Assembly (NCBI GenBank): GCA_965215335.1
Contig: CBDCDA010000001.1
Coordinates: forward strand, 1,760,001 to 1,824,000
Length of the DNA stretch: 64,000 nucleotides
Origin: an uncultured Candidatus Entotheonella sp.
GTDB lineage: Bacteria; Tectomicrobia; Entotheonellia; Entotheonellales; Entotheonellaceae
Direction: 5' to 3'
The translations under genes were made by a program, and so were the position numbers. A model generated the notes under the pieces. That model searched no databases. It saw nothing but the letters and a program-made list of their open reading frames with translations, and was not told the origin of the DNA. Below, in pieces: positions 30,843-40,519 of the stretch; positions within the stretch are counted from its first letter, which is position 1; each line of letters opens with the position of its first letter.

Positions 30843-32186
30843 TCACCGACGGGCCAGCATCCGGACGCCGATCAACGACTCCACCGTGCCCGTCGCCAAC
30901 ACCTCAAGGAATGCCTTGCCCGACGAGCACACCTTGACGTGACTAACCAAATCCGCGGGCAGCGTGCCGAGCGACGCGCCGGTGTCGCCGCCGCCGACCA
31001 GAACGTGGGCGTTTCTCGCCTGCGCCGCATAGGCGGCGTAGCGCAGAATTTCCCCGTTGCCGCGCGCAAAACACGGCCATTCGTAACGGCCCATGGGACC
31101 ATTCATGACCAGCGTGTTGGCCTGCGCGACGTCGCACGTGTACTGCGCGATCGTCCGCAGACCGATGTCGCCGATGTGGCGCGGGTCGCGCGGGTCGACC
31201 CGGTCTGCCGGCAATTCGTCTCGCCGTGCTGCTGATCCCTGCTGCGGCCCCAGGGCAACGTCGACCGGCACCCTGATCCTGTCGTCGCCAAAGCGATCCA
31301 TCAAGGCGCGGGCCTTCGCGAGGGTCCGCGGCAGGTCACGGGTGGCGGCGGCAATGTTCGTCTCCGTCTGCCCGTTGAGCTGAATCCCTTGCGCCTGCAA
31401 GAGCACCAAGCCAACGAGTCCGCCGGTGATGACCGTGTCCGCCTTTCCCTGCTCCAGGAAGTACCGCATGCTGCTGAGCGAGTCATCGACCTTGGCGCCA
31501 CCGACGATCAGCAGCATGGGCGCCTTGGGCGATTCCAGGGCTTGCGACAATTGTTTGATCTCACGCATCACGACCGGTCCGGCGTAGAGCGGACCCAGGG
31601 CCGCCAGACCCACGACCGAGGCCTGGGCGCGATGCCCGACCGAGAAGCCGTCCAGCGCCACGACGCGGTTGTCCACCTCGGCCAGCATGCGAATCAGCCG
31701 GGTATCGGCGAAAGCCGCCGGCTCGTCCCCCTGCACGTGGGATTCCGCCTCGCTGAAGCGCACGTTTTCGAGCAGCAGCACGGTGCGTTCCGGCAGGCTG
31801 CGAATGCACGCCAAGACAGCGTCAGACGCCACCGCCGCTTCACCCATTTGTCCGATGGTTTCGCTGTCGGACCCTTCCCACACGTAGGCCGTCTCGATTC
31901 CTTGCGGGCGCAGCTTGTCTCGGCAGTGGACAAAGTGTGGCAGCAGCGTCGTACAATCGTCCCTTCCCGGACGGCCTTGGTGCGCCAGCAGCACGATATT
32001 GCGCGGCGGTCCGGGCAACTCGAACAAGGGCACGATCGACGTGTGAAGGTGGTCGTCGAGCCGCGCCGTGTCCCGCAAAACGAGGTCCCCGCCTGCCCCC
32101 TCGACGGGTGAATTGAAGTCCACGCGCATGATCAAGGTCTTGCCCACGAGGTCGGCCTCGTTCAGCGCCGCATAGGATACGGTCAT
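30843..32186 (-). CDS. pgk: phosphoglycerate kinase (divergent, archaeal-type signatures)
   Basis: RVDFNSP, AHQGRPG, LLENVRF, GGAKV, NGPMG, GGGDT. Confidence 0.85.
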   Translation of the reverse strand: MTVSYAALNEADLVGKTLIMRVDFNSPVEGAGGDLVLRDTARLDDHLHTSIVPLFELPGPPRNIVLLAHQGRPGRDDCTTLLPHFVHCRDKLRPQGIETAYVWEGSDSETIGQMGEAAVASDAVLACIRSLPERTVLLLENVRFSEAESHVQGDEPAAFADTRLIRMLAEVDNRVVALDGFSVGHRAQASVVGLAALGPLYAGPVVMREIKQLSQALESPKAPMLLIVGGAKVDDSLSSMRYFLEQGKADTVITGGLVGLVLLQAQGIQLNGQTETNIAAATRDLPRTLAKARALMDRFGDDRIRVPVDVALGPQQGSAARRDELPADRVDPRDPRHIGDIGLRTIAQYTCDVAQANTLVMNGPMGRYEWPCFARGNGEILRYAAYAAQARNAHVLVGGGDTGASLGTLPADLVSHVKVCSSGKAFLEVLATGTVESLIGVRMLARR

Positions 32187-32617
32187 ACGGCCTGTTTTCC
32201 TTATCCGAAATGTCTCGCCCGTGCAGGGCGGGCAAGGCGCTTGCACGGGCCTGGTGAGCACCCGCGCAAACGCCGTCCGTCATCGCCGGCGGCTAACACC
32301 TGCACGTAGCCGTATGCGGCGTTGCTGCGATTGCGGTAGAAGCCGTCGGAGTGGTGATATTCCTCTTCCCGTCTCCTTGTTTTCCAAAGGGATGGTGAAT
32401 CGGACCGAGGAACGGCATCTCATCTTAAGGTATGTATGGGATGGTGTCCACGCATGCGGGGCTGTCCTGACGCCCTCCGCCGTCTTGTCACACGGGGCAG
32501 CGTGTGGCATCATGGCAGCCCCTGTCGACGGCTTTCGGAGGCGACCGGCAGCGGCTTTTGTCGGCTTGTCAAGTCAATGCTGCGGATAGTTCTCAGGCCG
32601 CTTCGGTACAAGGAGGG

Positions 32618-33002
32618 CGCGGAAGCGACCTGCACCGGGTATTCCACAATTGGTGGGAGCGCGCCAAGGAGTTGTACGGGCTGGGGGTGATCCAGGGCAA
32701 GGCCACCGACCGCTCGACCCTGTACTACGACCCGCTGGTGGCCTATCATCAACAGGGTGGATTTTCCGGACGTCTGCCTGTCACAGGCATGGTACGATGC
32801 CAGTCGGCGCACGCTCATCGTGTCCACAGACGCCGGGTTGCCCCGCGCGGCGGGCAGCGCGACGTCGTTCAGGGTTCAAAACATCGGGCGCGACGTTCGG
32901 GTTCTGATCGACGGCCAGCCCTCGGAGCAATGGGCTATCGTTGACGGAGAATTGGAGATCACCACGACGGGTGGGGAGCATACGATTCTCATTTCGCACT
33001 GA
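32618..33002 (+). pseudogene. relic of a larger protein (two fused fragments in different frames)
   Basis: Frame A (GSDLHRVFHNWWERAK..TLYYDPL) switches at about 32755 to frame B (VDFPDVCLSQAWYD..GEHTILISH*); no start codon or RBS. Resemblance to linalool dehydratase-like proteins is tentative. Confidence 0.45.
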
Positions 33003-33054
33003 ATTCCCGCGCGGCCGGGAACGGCGGGATTCGTCACGCAAGGAGGGAAGACAG

Positions 33055-34074
33055 ATGGCACGGCAAACACGTCGTCACTTTCTACAATTGATGGCATGGA
33101 TCGGGCTCGGCAGTCAGGCTTGGCGCTCGGGCGTGGCACACGCCATGCACCACGGGGCGGTGGTGGCTCCGGCCGCGGCAACGCCGGCGATGACCTATCG
33201 GACGCTCGGCAGCACCGGCTTCAAGGCCAGCCGGCTGGTTTTCGGCTGCGGTTCGGCGCTCTCGCGCGGGCAGGCGGTCGGCCTCCTGGAGCCGGCGTTC
33301 GAGGCCGGCATCAACGTTTTCGACGTGGGCTTTCGGGGCTATTACAAGAACGCCGAGAAGAATCTGGCGCCCTTTCTGAAGAAGCGGCGCCAGAACATTT
33401 TTCTGATTTCCAAGGCCAAGGTCGGTGCGGATCTGAAGCCGTCCGATCCTCTGACCGTGGCTCAGGCGCGAGCGGCTGCCAAGGCGTGGTCCGACCACCT
33501 TGACAACAGCCTGTCGGAATTGCAGGTCGATCACGTGGACGCCTACTACCTCATGGCCGTGAACAACGCCGCCCTGGTTGGCAGCGAAGAGGTGTACGAC
33601 GCCTTCGTGGCGGCGCGGCAGGCGGGCAAGGTGTCGTATTTCGGGATCAGCACGCACGAAAACGCCGCCAAGCTCTTGGAGGTGGCAATCGAAACCGGCT
33701 GGTACACCCTGGCGCAAATCGCCATTACGCCAGCGGGCTGGTACGACAGGCCGAGCCGTCGCATGTTGGCCGGAACGCCGCCGATGCGCGCCCTGCAGCC
33801 GACGCTGGCCCGGGCGCGGGCAGCCGGTATCGGACTGATCGGTATGAAGGCGGGCCGTTACCTGGCCGGTGGCAGCCTCACGCGCAGCAGGCCAAGGGCC
33901 TATGACCATTTGTATAACGACAAGATGAGGGCGGCGAACCTGACGGCCTTCCAGCGCAGTTATGCCTACGTGCTGGCGCACGGGCTTGACGCGGTCAACG
34001 CGGACATGCAGCGCGCCGAGCATCTGCAGGAAAACATGTTTGCGGCGGCCACGTCGGATACGTACTTCACCTAA
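33055..34074 (+). CDS. aldo/keto reductase family protein with Tat signal
   Basis: TRRHFL twin-arginine motif; YRTLGSTG, GINVFD, LISK, GKVSYFGISTH, GMK; GGAGG RBS. Confidence 0.85.
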   Translation: MARQTRRHFLQLMAWIGLGSQAWRSGVAHAMHHGAVVAPAAATPAMTYRTLGSTGFKASRLVFGCGSALSRGQAVGLLEPAFEAGINVFDVGFRGYYKNAEKNLAPFLKKRRQNIFLISKAKVGADLKPSDPLTVAQARAAAKAWSDHLDNSLSELQVDHVDAYYLMAVNNAALVGSEEVYDAFVAARQAGKVSYFGISTHENAAKLLEVAIETGWYTLAQIAITPAGWYDRPSRRMLAGTPPMRALQPTLARARAAGIGLIGMKAGRYLAGGSLTRSRPRAYDHLYNDKMRAANLTAFQRSYAYVLAHGLDAVNADMQRAEHLQENMFAAATSDTYFT

Positions 34075-34100
34075 ACGACATACCGCCCAAGGCGTAAAGG

Positions 34101-34158
34101 AAACAAAGCCGTATGCAGCGGCACCCCCTGTCCCAAGGCTGCATACGGCTTTTTGTTT
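34101..34158. terminator. probable bidirectional intrinsic terminator
   Basis: AAGCCGTATGCAGC...GCTGCATACGGCTT stem with A-rich and T-rich flanks after the AKR stop. Confidence 0.65.
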
Positions 34159-34170
34159 GGCGGGCTTTGG

Positions 34171-34440
34171 TCACTCCTGGCAGGTGACCGCCACGGTAAA
34201 TCCGTGCGCCAGCATCGCCAGGTTCTCCGGGGTGAGCGCCTCGTCGGACGGTTGGCGGGTGTAAGCAATGCCGTGGATTTCCAGGAAGCTACGCACCACG
34301 GCGCCCTTGAGGGCAAAGTTGACGTTTTGAGGAACGTCGCCGGTCGCCTGCGCCGTGCGAACGGCGTTGAGCTTCGCCGTCACCACGCCAATGACGTTTC
34401 CGGCCTTATCCAGTACCGGACCGCCGCTTGTTGCCGTTGC
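34171..34440 (-). pseudogene. C-terminal fragment of trypsin-like serine protease
   Basis: SGGPVLDKAGNVIGVVTAKL...PQNVNFALK; GNSGGP broken by an extra base (GGC AAC A AGC GGC GGT CCG); N-terminus absent. Confidence 0.75.
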
Positions 34441-34658
34441 GACGGACTGACGACGGGCCCAGGGGCGCCAGGCGCTTGAATCTGTCCGTCATTCGGATGT
34501 GCCGGGTTGGTGAACGGGACTGGATGGGGACGGTCGCCCCGCACAGCACGGTCGATTCGGTACATAACTCCTCTCCCATGCTGTCCAACTTGGACTTGGC
34601 CCCGCCGCGGCCAATCCGCAGTGGGATGAATCGGAGTGATGTCGGCATGGTCTATCAT

Positions 34659-36923
34659 TCAGAGCATTAACGCAATAGGCCCCAGGGTGTCCGAGCGTTG
34701 CTCAACCGTGCCGATAATTGCCGCGCGCTCATATCCCAAAGCCTGCAGATCGGCAAGACAGGCGGCAGCCTGGTCCGGCGGAACGCTGGCCAACAGCCCG
34801 CCGGCGGTCTGGGGATCGAAAAGCAGCGGATAGCGCGGCGCTTGCGCGGCGGCATCGAGGTCGCGAATGGCGCGACGCAGGCGTATGTTCTGCGGCTGCA
34901 GGGTGCTGAAAATCCCCGCCGCGACGGTCTCCTCGGCGCCGTCGAGGACGGGCAGCTGACTCAAGTCAAGGCATGCGCCGACTTGCGAAGTGCGGGTCAT
35001 TTCGATCAGGTGGCCGAGGAGACCAAAACCGCTCACGTCGGTGCAGGCCGTAGCGCGGTGTCGCCACAGGCATGTCGACGCCGCGCGATTCGACAGCAGC
35101 ATCGAAGTCAAAGCGGCGCTTATCCAGCGGCCTTTGGCTTTGAGCCGCATATCGGCGGCAAAGAGGGTGCCGGTGCCCAGGGCCTTGGTGAGGATGAGGC
35201 GGTCGCCGGGCTGCATGCCGCCCTTGCGCAGCAGGTCGGCGCGCTCGGCGAGGCCGTTGATGGCGAAGCCCAATGATAATTCGGCGCCTTCACTGGTGTG
35301 CCCGCCGACCAGCGCCACTCCGGCGTCGTGCAGCACTTCTTCCGCACCTTGCAGCATCTGCGACAGGGTATCCTCGGTCTTTTGTTCCAAGCCGTAGGGG
35401 ACGGTGGCGATGGCCAGAGCCGTCTGGCCATCGGCGCCCATGGCGAAGATGTCCCCCAGGCTGTGCTGGGCAGCGATCTTGCCGAAGATGTAGGGGTCAT
35501 CGACAAGGGTGCGGAAGAAATCGACGGTATGCACCATCACTTTCCGAGGCGGCACCTCGACCACTGCGGCGTCATCGGGATGCTCCAGGCCGACAACGAC
35601 GTCGTTCCGCTGCACCGGCTGCAATTGCGCCAGGGCTCGATCAAGGGTGGTCGCGCCGACCTTGGCCCCGCAGCCGCCGCAGCGCATGGCCAGAGCAGAG
35701 ACTTCCCGCATCGCCTCGGCATCCGCCAACCCTGGCGCCAGATCGGCGGCGGGCGCCTGTCGCATCTCGGGCAGTACGTTGAACTTGTCCATGAAACGGC
35801 GGTCGATCCAGTCCTTCCAACGCCAAATCAGGCGACCCTTCAGGGACCACTTGCCGCGCGACGCAACGGCGTATTTATCTCCCGTGCTGATGAGGCTGAG
35901 CCATCGCTTCTGGGGCGTAAAGGGTCGAGGCCGCTGTCCCAGCAGGACGCGGCGCAGATTGCGGGCGAGCGGCAGACCCTGACGCACCGCAAATACCCCG
36001 GCCTTTTCGCGCGCGTGATTTTCGACGGCGGCCACGTCGCCGGCGGCAAAGATGTCGGCATGCGACACCGACTGCAGAGCGTCATTGAGGCGGATGAAGC
36101 CGTGCGTGTCCACCGCGAGCCCGGCGGCCGCCGGCCAGGACGGCGCCGCGGCGTTGGTCACCCAGAGAATCTCCTCGAATTCGTGCGAACTGCCGTCCTC
36201 GCAGCCGAGGCCGTTTTCCCACAGCCGGGTGACGCGGCATGGTGCATGGACGTGCACGCTGCGTTCGCGCAGGAGCCGCTGAAACGCCGCCTGAACCCGT
36301 TTGTTGTGCGTTGGCAGGATGGATTCGGTACGACTGAAGAGGTGAAAGGTCAGCTGGGACTGGAACCCGGCTTCCCGGCACAATTGTTCCAGGCGGCACT
36401 GCATCGCCAGCGTCAGCTCGACGCCGCCGGCACCGGCGCCGACGACGCCAATGCGCGCCACGCCGCGGGCCGCCAGCACGCGGGGCACCAAACGCTGCCA
36501 GCGGGACAGGAAATTGTTGATGGGCTTCACCGGCACCACGAACTTGTCCGCACCCGGCACCGGCGAGAAATCGGGCGTGGAACCGATATTGATCGACAGC
36601 ACGTCGTAGGACACGTCCGGCCGATTCTTGCAGCGGATACGCCGGGTGACCGGATCAAGGGCTATCACCTCGTCATGGTACAACCGGGCACCGGCAAAGC
36701 GTGCCAATGGCCCCAGATCGATATGGATGTCGTCGTAATCGTAGTGGCCGGCGACAAAGCCCGGCAGCATGCCGGAATAAGGCGTGTGGACGTCGCGGCA
36801 GATGAGCGTGAGGCAAACGCCCGGCAGCGGCTGCATGCCGAACCGTTTGAGAACCGTGACGTGGCTGTGACCACCCCCGATCAGGACCAGGTCTTTGACG
36901 ACAGGCGTTGAACCATTTTGCAT
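34659..36923 (-). CDS. selD: selenide,water dikinase fused to an N-terminal FAD/NAD oxidoreductase domain
   Basis: N-term LIGGGHSH, YSGMLPG, GAGAGGVE, FAAGD; C-term MRCGGCGAKV, DDAA, TVDFF, SLGDIFAMG, GGHT, DVSGFGLLGH, DPQTAGGLL. Confidence 0.93.
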   Translation of the reverse strand: MQNGSTPVVKDLVLIGGGHSHVTVLKRFGMQPLPGVCLTLICRDVHTPYSGMLPGFVAGHYDYDDIHIDLGPLARFAGARLYHDEVIALDPVTRRIRCKNRPDVSYDVLSINIGSTPDFSPVPGADKFVVPVKPINNFLSRWQRLVPRVLAARGVARIGVVGAGAGGVELTLAMQCRLEQLCREAGFQSQLTFHLFSRTESILPTHNKRVQAAFQRLLRERSVHVHAPCRVTRLWENGLGCEDGSSHEFEEILWVTNAAAPSWPAAAGLAVDTHGFIRLNDALQSVSHADIFAAGDVAAVENHAREKAGVFAVRQGLPLARNLRRVLLGQRPRPFTPQKRWLSLISTGDKYAVASRGKWSLKGRLIWRWKDWIDRRFMDKFNVLPEMRQAPAADLAPGLADAEAMREVSALAMRCGGCGAKVGATTLDRALAQLQPVQRNDVVVGLEHPDDAAVVEVPPRKVMVHTVDFFRTLVDDPYIFGKIAAQHSLGDIFAMGADGQTALAIATVPYGLEQKTEDTLSQMLQGAEEVLHDAGVALVGGHTSEGAELSLGFAINGLAERADLLRKGGMQPGDRLILTKALGTGTLFAADMRLKAKGRWISAALTSMLLSNRAASTCLWRHRATACTDVSGFGLLGHLIEMTRTSQVGACLDLSQLPVLDGAEETVAAGIFSTLQPQNIRLRRAIRDLDAAAQAPRYPLLFDPQTAGGLLASVPPDQAAACLADLQALGYERAAIIGTVEQRSDTLGPIALML

Positions 36924-37174
36924 GCATGCATCCTGCTGGGGACCATCGTATCCGGGTGCCCGGCCACACGGCGGCGAGTCGCTCGTTCATCAGGCGTCAG
37001 CGCCCGGCTGCCGGCGGGCGTCTGGCAAGTATAGGTCCGCTTGGGGTCGGCAACAAGGGTGGGGGACAGCATGGAATCGGCAGGTGATTTTCATTTATAT
37101 TGTTATATTGTGCACATTGTGCGAACACCACCTAGCGCGGACCCTTGTCATTCAACTCGATATGGGAGAACACC

Positions 37175-37492
37175 ATGGCGCTCTATGAATTGCGTACGTA
37201 CACCTTTCACGTTGGCAAGCTGGGCGAGGCCGTGTCGCTGTACGACTCGGAGGGATGGCCGGCGCTCCGGAAGTACGAAGACAAGCTCGTGGGCTACTTT
37301 ACCGGCGACATCGGCGCGATGAATCAGTTGGTCCACCTGTGGAAGTTCGATGACGACGCCGACCGGCGGCGGCACTGGGCTGCGGTGTTCGCGGATGCAG
37401 ATTTCATGGCCTTCGCCGGCAAGCTGCGCCCCATGATCCTGACGCAAGAGAACAAGCTCCTGCATGCCTCGCCCTGGGGACCGCATCCCTGA
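37175..37492 (+). CDS. NIPSNAP family protein
   Basis: YELRTY, IGAMNQLVHLW, QENKLL; GGAG RBS. Confidence 0.9.
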   Translation: MALYELRTYTFHVGKLGEAVSLYDSEGWPALRKYEDKLVGYFTGDIGAMNQLVHLWKFDDDADRRRHWAAVFADADFMAFAGKLRPMILTQENKLLHASPWGPHP

Positions 37493-37651
37493 ACTCATCG
37501 GCGATGAGACTGGCCGAAACGCCGCTCAGCGGTCTGAACGCCTGGCTCGGATATCCCAAGGGCCGAATACAGGTCCTGTCCCCAAGCGCTCAGGATACGG
37601 AATACCAAGCAACCCCGCCGCTTTGTCGGCTCAGCCCTTTTGTCATCGTGT

Positions 37652-38089
37652 CTACTCGTCTGCGGGCTGGCGCCGCCGTTCCTGTTTGAGCGTACCGATG
37701 CGGCGTTTTTCCTGCAGACGGCGTTCGACGGCGGCTCGGTCGGGGTACGTAGGGCGGCGCGGCCTGGGAACGTGCAGCGCCTGGTGCAGCAAGCGTTGAA
37801 AGCGCTCCGTTACCTCGGTGCGGTTGCGAGACTGGCTGCGGGTAGCTTGGCAGGTCAGGTGCAGGACGCCGCGGCCATCGATGGCCGATTTCAGCTTGCT
37901 GAGCACGCGGGCGCGCTGCGATTCGTCCAGGCTGGCCGATCGCTGCACGTCGAACGTCAATTCCACCTGCGTTGCCGTGCGGTTGACGTGCTGACCGCCC
38001 GGGCCGCCGCTGCGGCTGAAGCGGAATCGCAACTCCGTCATCGGAATCGTCACCGTGTCGGTGACGGGCAGGTCGGGTTGGTCGGCCAT
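37652..38089 (-). CDS. arfB: alternative ribosome rescue peptidyl-tRNA hydrolase
   Basis: FSRSGGPGGQHVN, RSQSRN, basic C-terminal tail. Confidence 0.93.
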   Translation of the reverse strand: MADQPDLPVTDTVTIPMTELRFRFSRSGGPGGQHVNRTATQVELTFDVQRSASLDESQRARVLSKLKSAIDGRGVLHLTCQATRSQSRNRTEVTERFQRLLHQALHVPRPRRPTYPDRAAVERRLQEKRRIGTLKQERRRQPADE

Positions 38090-38112
38090 GACCTTTCCAT
38101 GCGGATCAGAAG

Positions 38113-39312
38113 TCAGGGCGCCGGCACCTTGCTCAGGGCCGCGTCGAGAATGCCGATGGCCTCGTCGACCTCCGTCCGGCTGGTGGTCAGCGGCGGCATG
38201 AAGCGGATGGTGTTCGGTCGCACCGCGTTGAGCAGCAGACCGTTGGCGACGGTTTCGGCGATCACTGCGGCAGCGCGGTCGTCAGCCAGTTCAAGCGCCA
38301 GCAGCATGCCCATGCCGCGCACGTCGGTGACCACGTCGTGCTTCGCCTGCAACTCCTCCAGGCTGCCTTTGAGGTACGTACCGACCTCCGCGCCCTTGGC
38401 CGGCCAGTTCTCGTCAACGACGACCTTGGCACCGGCCGCGCCGGCCGCTGTCGTCAGGGCGTTGCCGCCGAAGGTCGAACCGTGGTCGCCGGGCTCCAAA
38501 ACGGCAACTTCCTCCTTGCACAGGAAAGCGCCCAGCGGCGCGCCGGCGCCGAGTCCCTTGGCCATGGTCAGGGCGTCCGGCTCGAAGCCGAACTGCTCGT
38601 ATCCGAACAGGGTGCCGAGCCGTCCCATGCCCGTCTGTACCTCGTCCGAGATGAGCAGCAGGTGCTTCTCGTCGCACCAGGCGCGGACCTGCGTGAAATA
38701 ATCGGGGTCCGGCACGTTCACGCCACCCTCGCCCTGCACCGGCTCCAGCAGCACCGCGCAAGTCTGATCCGTGGTGGCTTCCCTGATGGCGTCCACGTCG
38801 TTATACGGGACATTGACGAACCCCGGCATCAGCGGCCGCCAGTTATCCTGGTAGTGCGCCTGCCCGGTCGCCGCCATCATGGCCAGGGTGCGCCCGTGAA
38901 ACGAGTTGTTCGCCGTGATGATCTCGTGGGCGCCGTTCAGGTGCAGCTTGCCATACTTGCGGGCGAGCTTGCACACCCCCTCGTTGGCCTCCGCCCCGGA
39001 GTTGCAGAAGAACACCCGGTCCATACAGGAATTATCGACCAGGACCTTGGCCAGCTTGAGTTGCGGGATGGTGTAGAACAGGTTGCTCATCTGCAAGATC
39101 ATGCCGGCCTGTTCCTGGATGGCCGCCGTGACCTCGGGGTGTGAATGCCCGACGTTGAGCACCGCCCAGCCGGCAGTGAAATCCAGATAGCCGTTGCCCT
39201 CGGTGTCGTACACGTAGGAGCCCTGCGCGCGTTCGAGGACCATGGGCATGCGGCGTACCACCTGCATGTAATAATCAGCCTCGATCTGCTTCCACTGCTC
39301 ACCGGTCGTCAT
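38113..39312 (-). CDS. argD: acetylornithine aminotransferase (class III PLP)
   Basis: FFCNSGAEANE, SFHGRT, EPVQGEGG, DEVQTGMGR, HGSTFGGN. Confidence 0.9.
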   Translation of the reverse strand: MTTGEQWKQIEADYYMQVVRRMPMVLERAQGSYVYDTEGNGYLDFTAGWAVLNVGHSHPEVTAAIQEQAGMILQMSNLFYTIPQLKLAKVLVDNSCMDRVFFCNSGAEANEGVCKLARKYGKLHLNGAHEIITANNSFHGRTLAMMAATGQAHYQDNWRPLMPGFVNVPYNDVDAIREATTDQTCAVLLEPVQGEGGVNVPDPDYFTQVRAWCDEKHLLLISDEVQTGMGRLGTLFGYEQFGFEPDALTMAKGLGAGAPLGAFLCKEEVAVLEPGDHGSTFGGNALTTAAGAAGAKVVVDENWPAKGAEVGTYLKGSLEELQAKHDVVTDVRGMGMLLALELADDRAAAVIAETVANGLLLNAVRPNTIRFMPPLTTSRTEVDEAIGILDAALSKVPAP

Positions 39313-39583
39313 GTGATCTCTCCTGTCGGCTTATCGCCGGGTGGGTGTGACGAGACGCAGCCTCACGCGAGGCGCCGTGCCTGGACTGCAATGCTGCGCA
39401 GGACGATTTGCAAATGCAGGGGCCTAGGGTACATGCGGGTGCGCACCGTTGCAAGGCGGGCTCGCAGGACGACAGCAGGGGTGGAATGGAACGGGGCCGA
39501 ACGAGAGGGCTGAAACGCGCCTGACGGTCAGGCGCGTGCCCCGATGGGCTCGCAAGCCACGGGGGGGGGGGCGAGGTCGCGCG

Positions 39584-40255
39584 CTATGAATTTGCGCTGA
39601 ACGGCCGGCCGTCCCAGCTTTCGTGCCGCGCAAAATCCGACACCGGCTTGCGGCGCAGCCGGGTGAGTCGCTTGACTGGCTGACCCAACGGAATGACGGC
39701 GCTGACGGCCGCATGCGGCGGGATCTTCAGCAACGCCTGCACCTTGGCTTCCTGGGCGACGGCCAGCGTCGTAATCGTGCCACCGTATCCCTCGTGCCGG
39801 GCCGCCAGCAGAATGTTCCATACGAAGGGATAGATCGACGCCCCGCTGATCACCCCCACCCGTTCGAGATACTGGTCCGTGGACGCCACCACCCGGAGGT
39901 CCACGCAGACCACCAGCACCACGGGCGCCTGCATGAACGACTCCCGCAACCGCGCCGGAACACCGGTGTTCTCGATCGTTGCCGCATCGACACTGGTGGG
40001 CGATACCGAATTCCACGGACTCTCGCCCGCAACCTGCTGGGCGGCGTACCGCTTGGCCGCCGGTTCGCCCAGTGTGGCCAGCGCTTCACGGGTTTGCCGC
40101 CGGCGCACGATCAGCACGTGCCACCCCTGGCGATTGCCGCCGTTGGAAGCGAACCGGGCGTTGTCCAGAATCGTGTAAAGCACCTCGTCCGGCACCGGCG
40201 CGTCGGTAAATTCCCGCGCGGAAAACGCCGTGCGCATCGCCTCATACAGTTCCAT
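39584..40255 (-). CDS. nitroreductase family protein
   Basis: MRTAFSAREF, ARFASNGGNRQGW, NILLAARHEGYG. Confidence 0.88.
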   Translation of the reverse strand: MELYEAMRTAFSAREFTDAPVPDEVLYTILDNARFASNGGNRQGWHVLIVRRRQTREALATLGEPAAKRYAAQQVAGESPWNSVSPTSVDAATIENTGVPARLRESFMQAPVVLVVCVDLRVVASTDQYLERVGVISGASIYPFVWNILLAARHEGYGGTITTLAVAQEAKVQALLKIPPHAAVSAVIPLGQPVKRLTRLRRKPVSDFARHESWDGRPFSANS

Positions 40256-40519
40256 GCCGCCTCCTTCGTTCGGAATGTCGTCGCCAACCTTGATGCAAGC
40301 GGCACTACCATACCACAAAGACCTCACCCGGTGGGCCTGCTCAGGGCGTCTCGCGGCAGGCCGTGCTGCGGTTGATATCGGCTCCCTTGCTTTGTATCAT
40401 CCGCTTTCCGCCGTTCCGGAAGGGTTCCACCACGGTGGCGTGCCGGCTCGGCAGGTGCCGGGCACGCACTTGCAGCGGCTCGGTTGCGCACCCCCCAGAA
40501 CCTGATGAGGAAAACGACG

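Noticed and set aside
35660..35690. Possible Sec in the SelD active site
   Set aside because: Codons are TGC GGC GGC TGC (Cys form)
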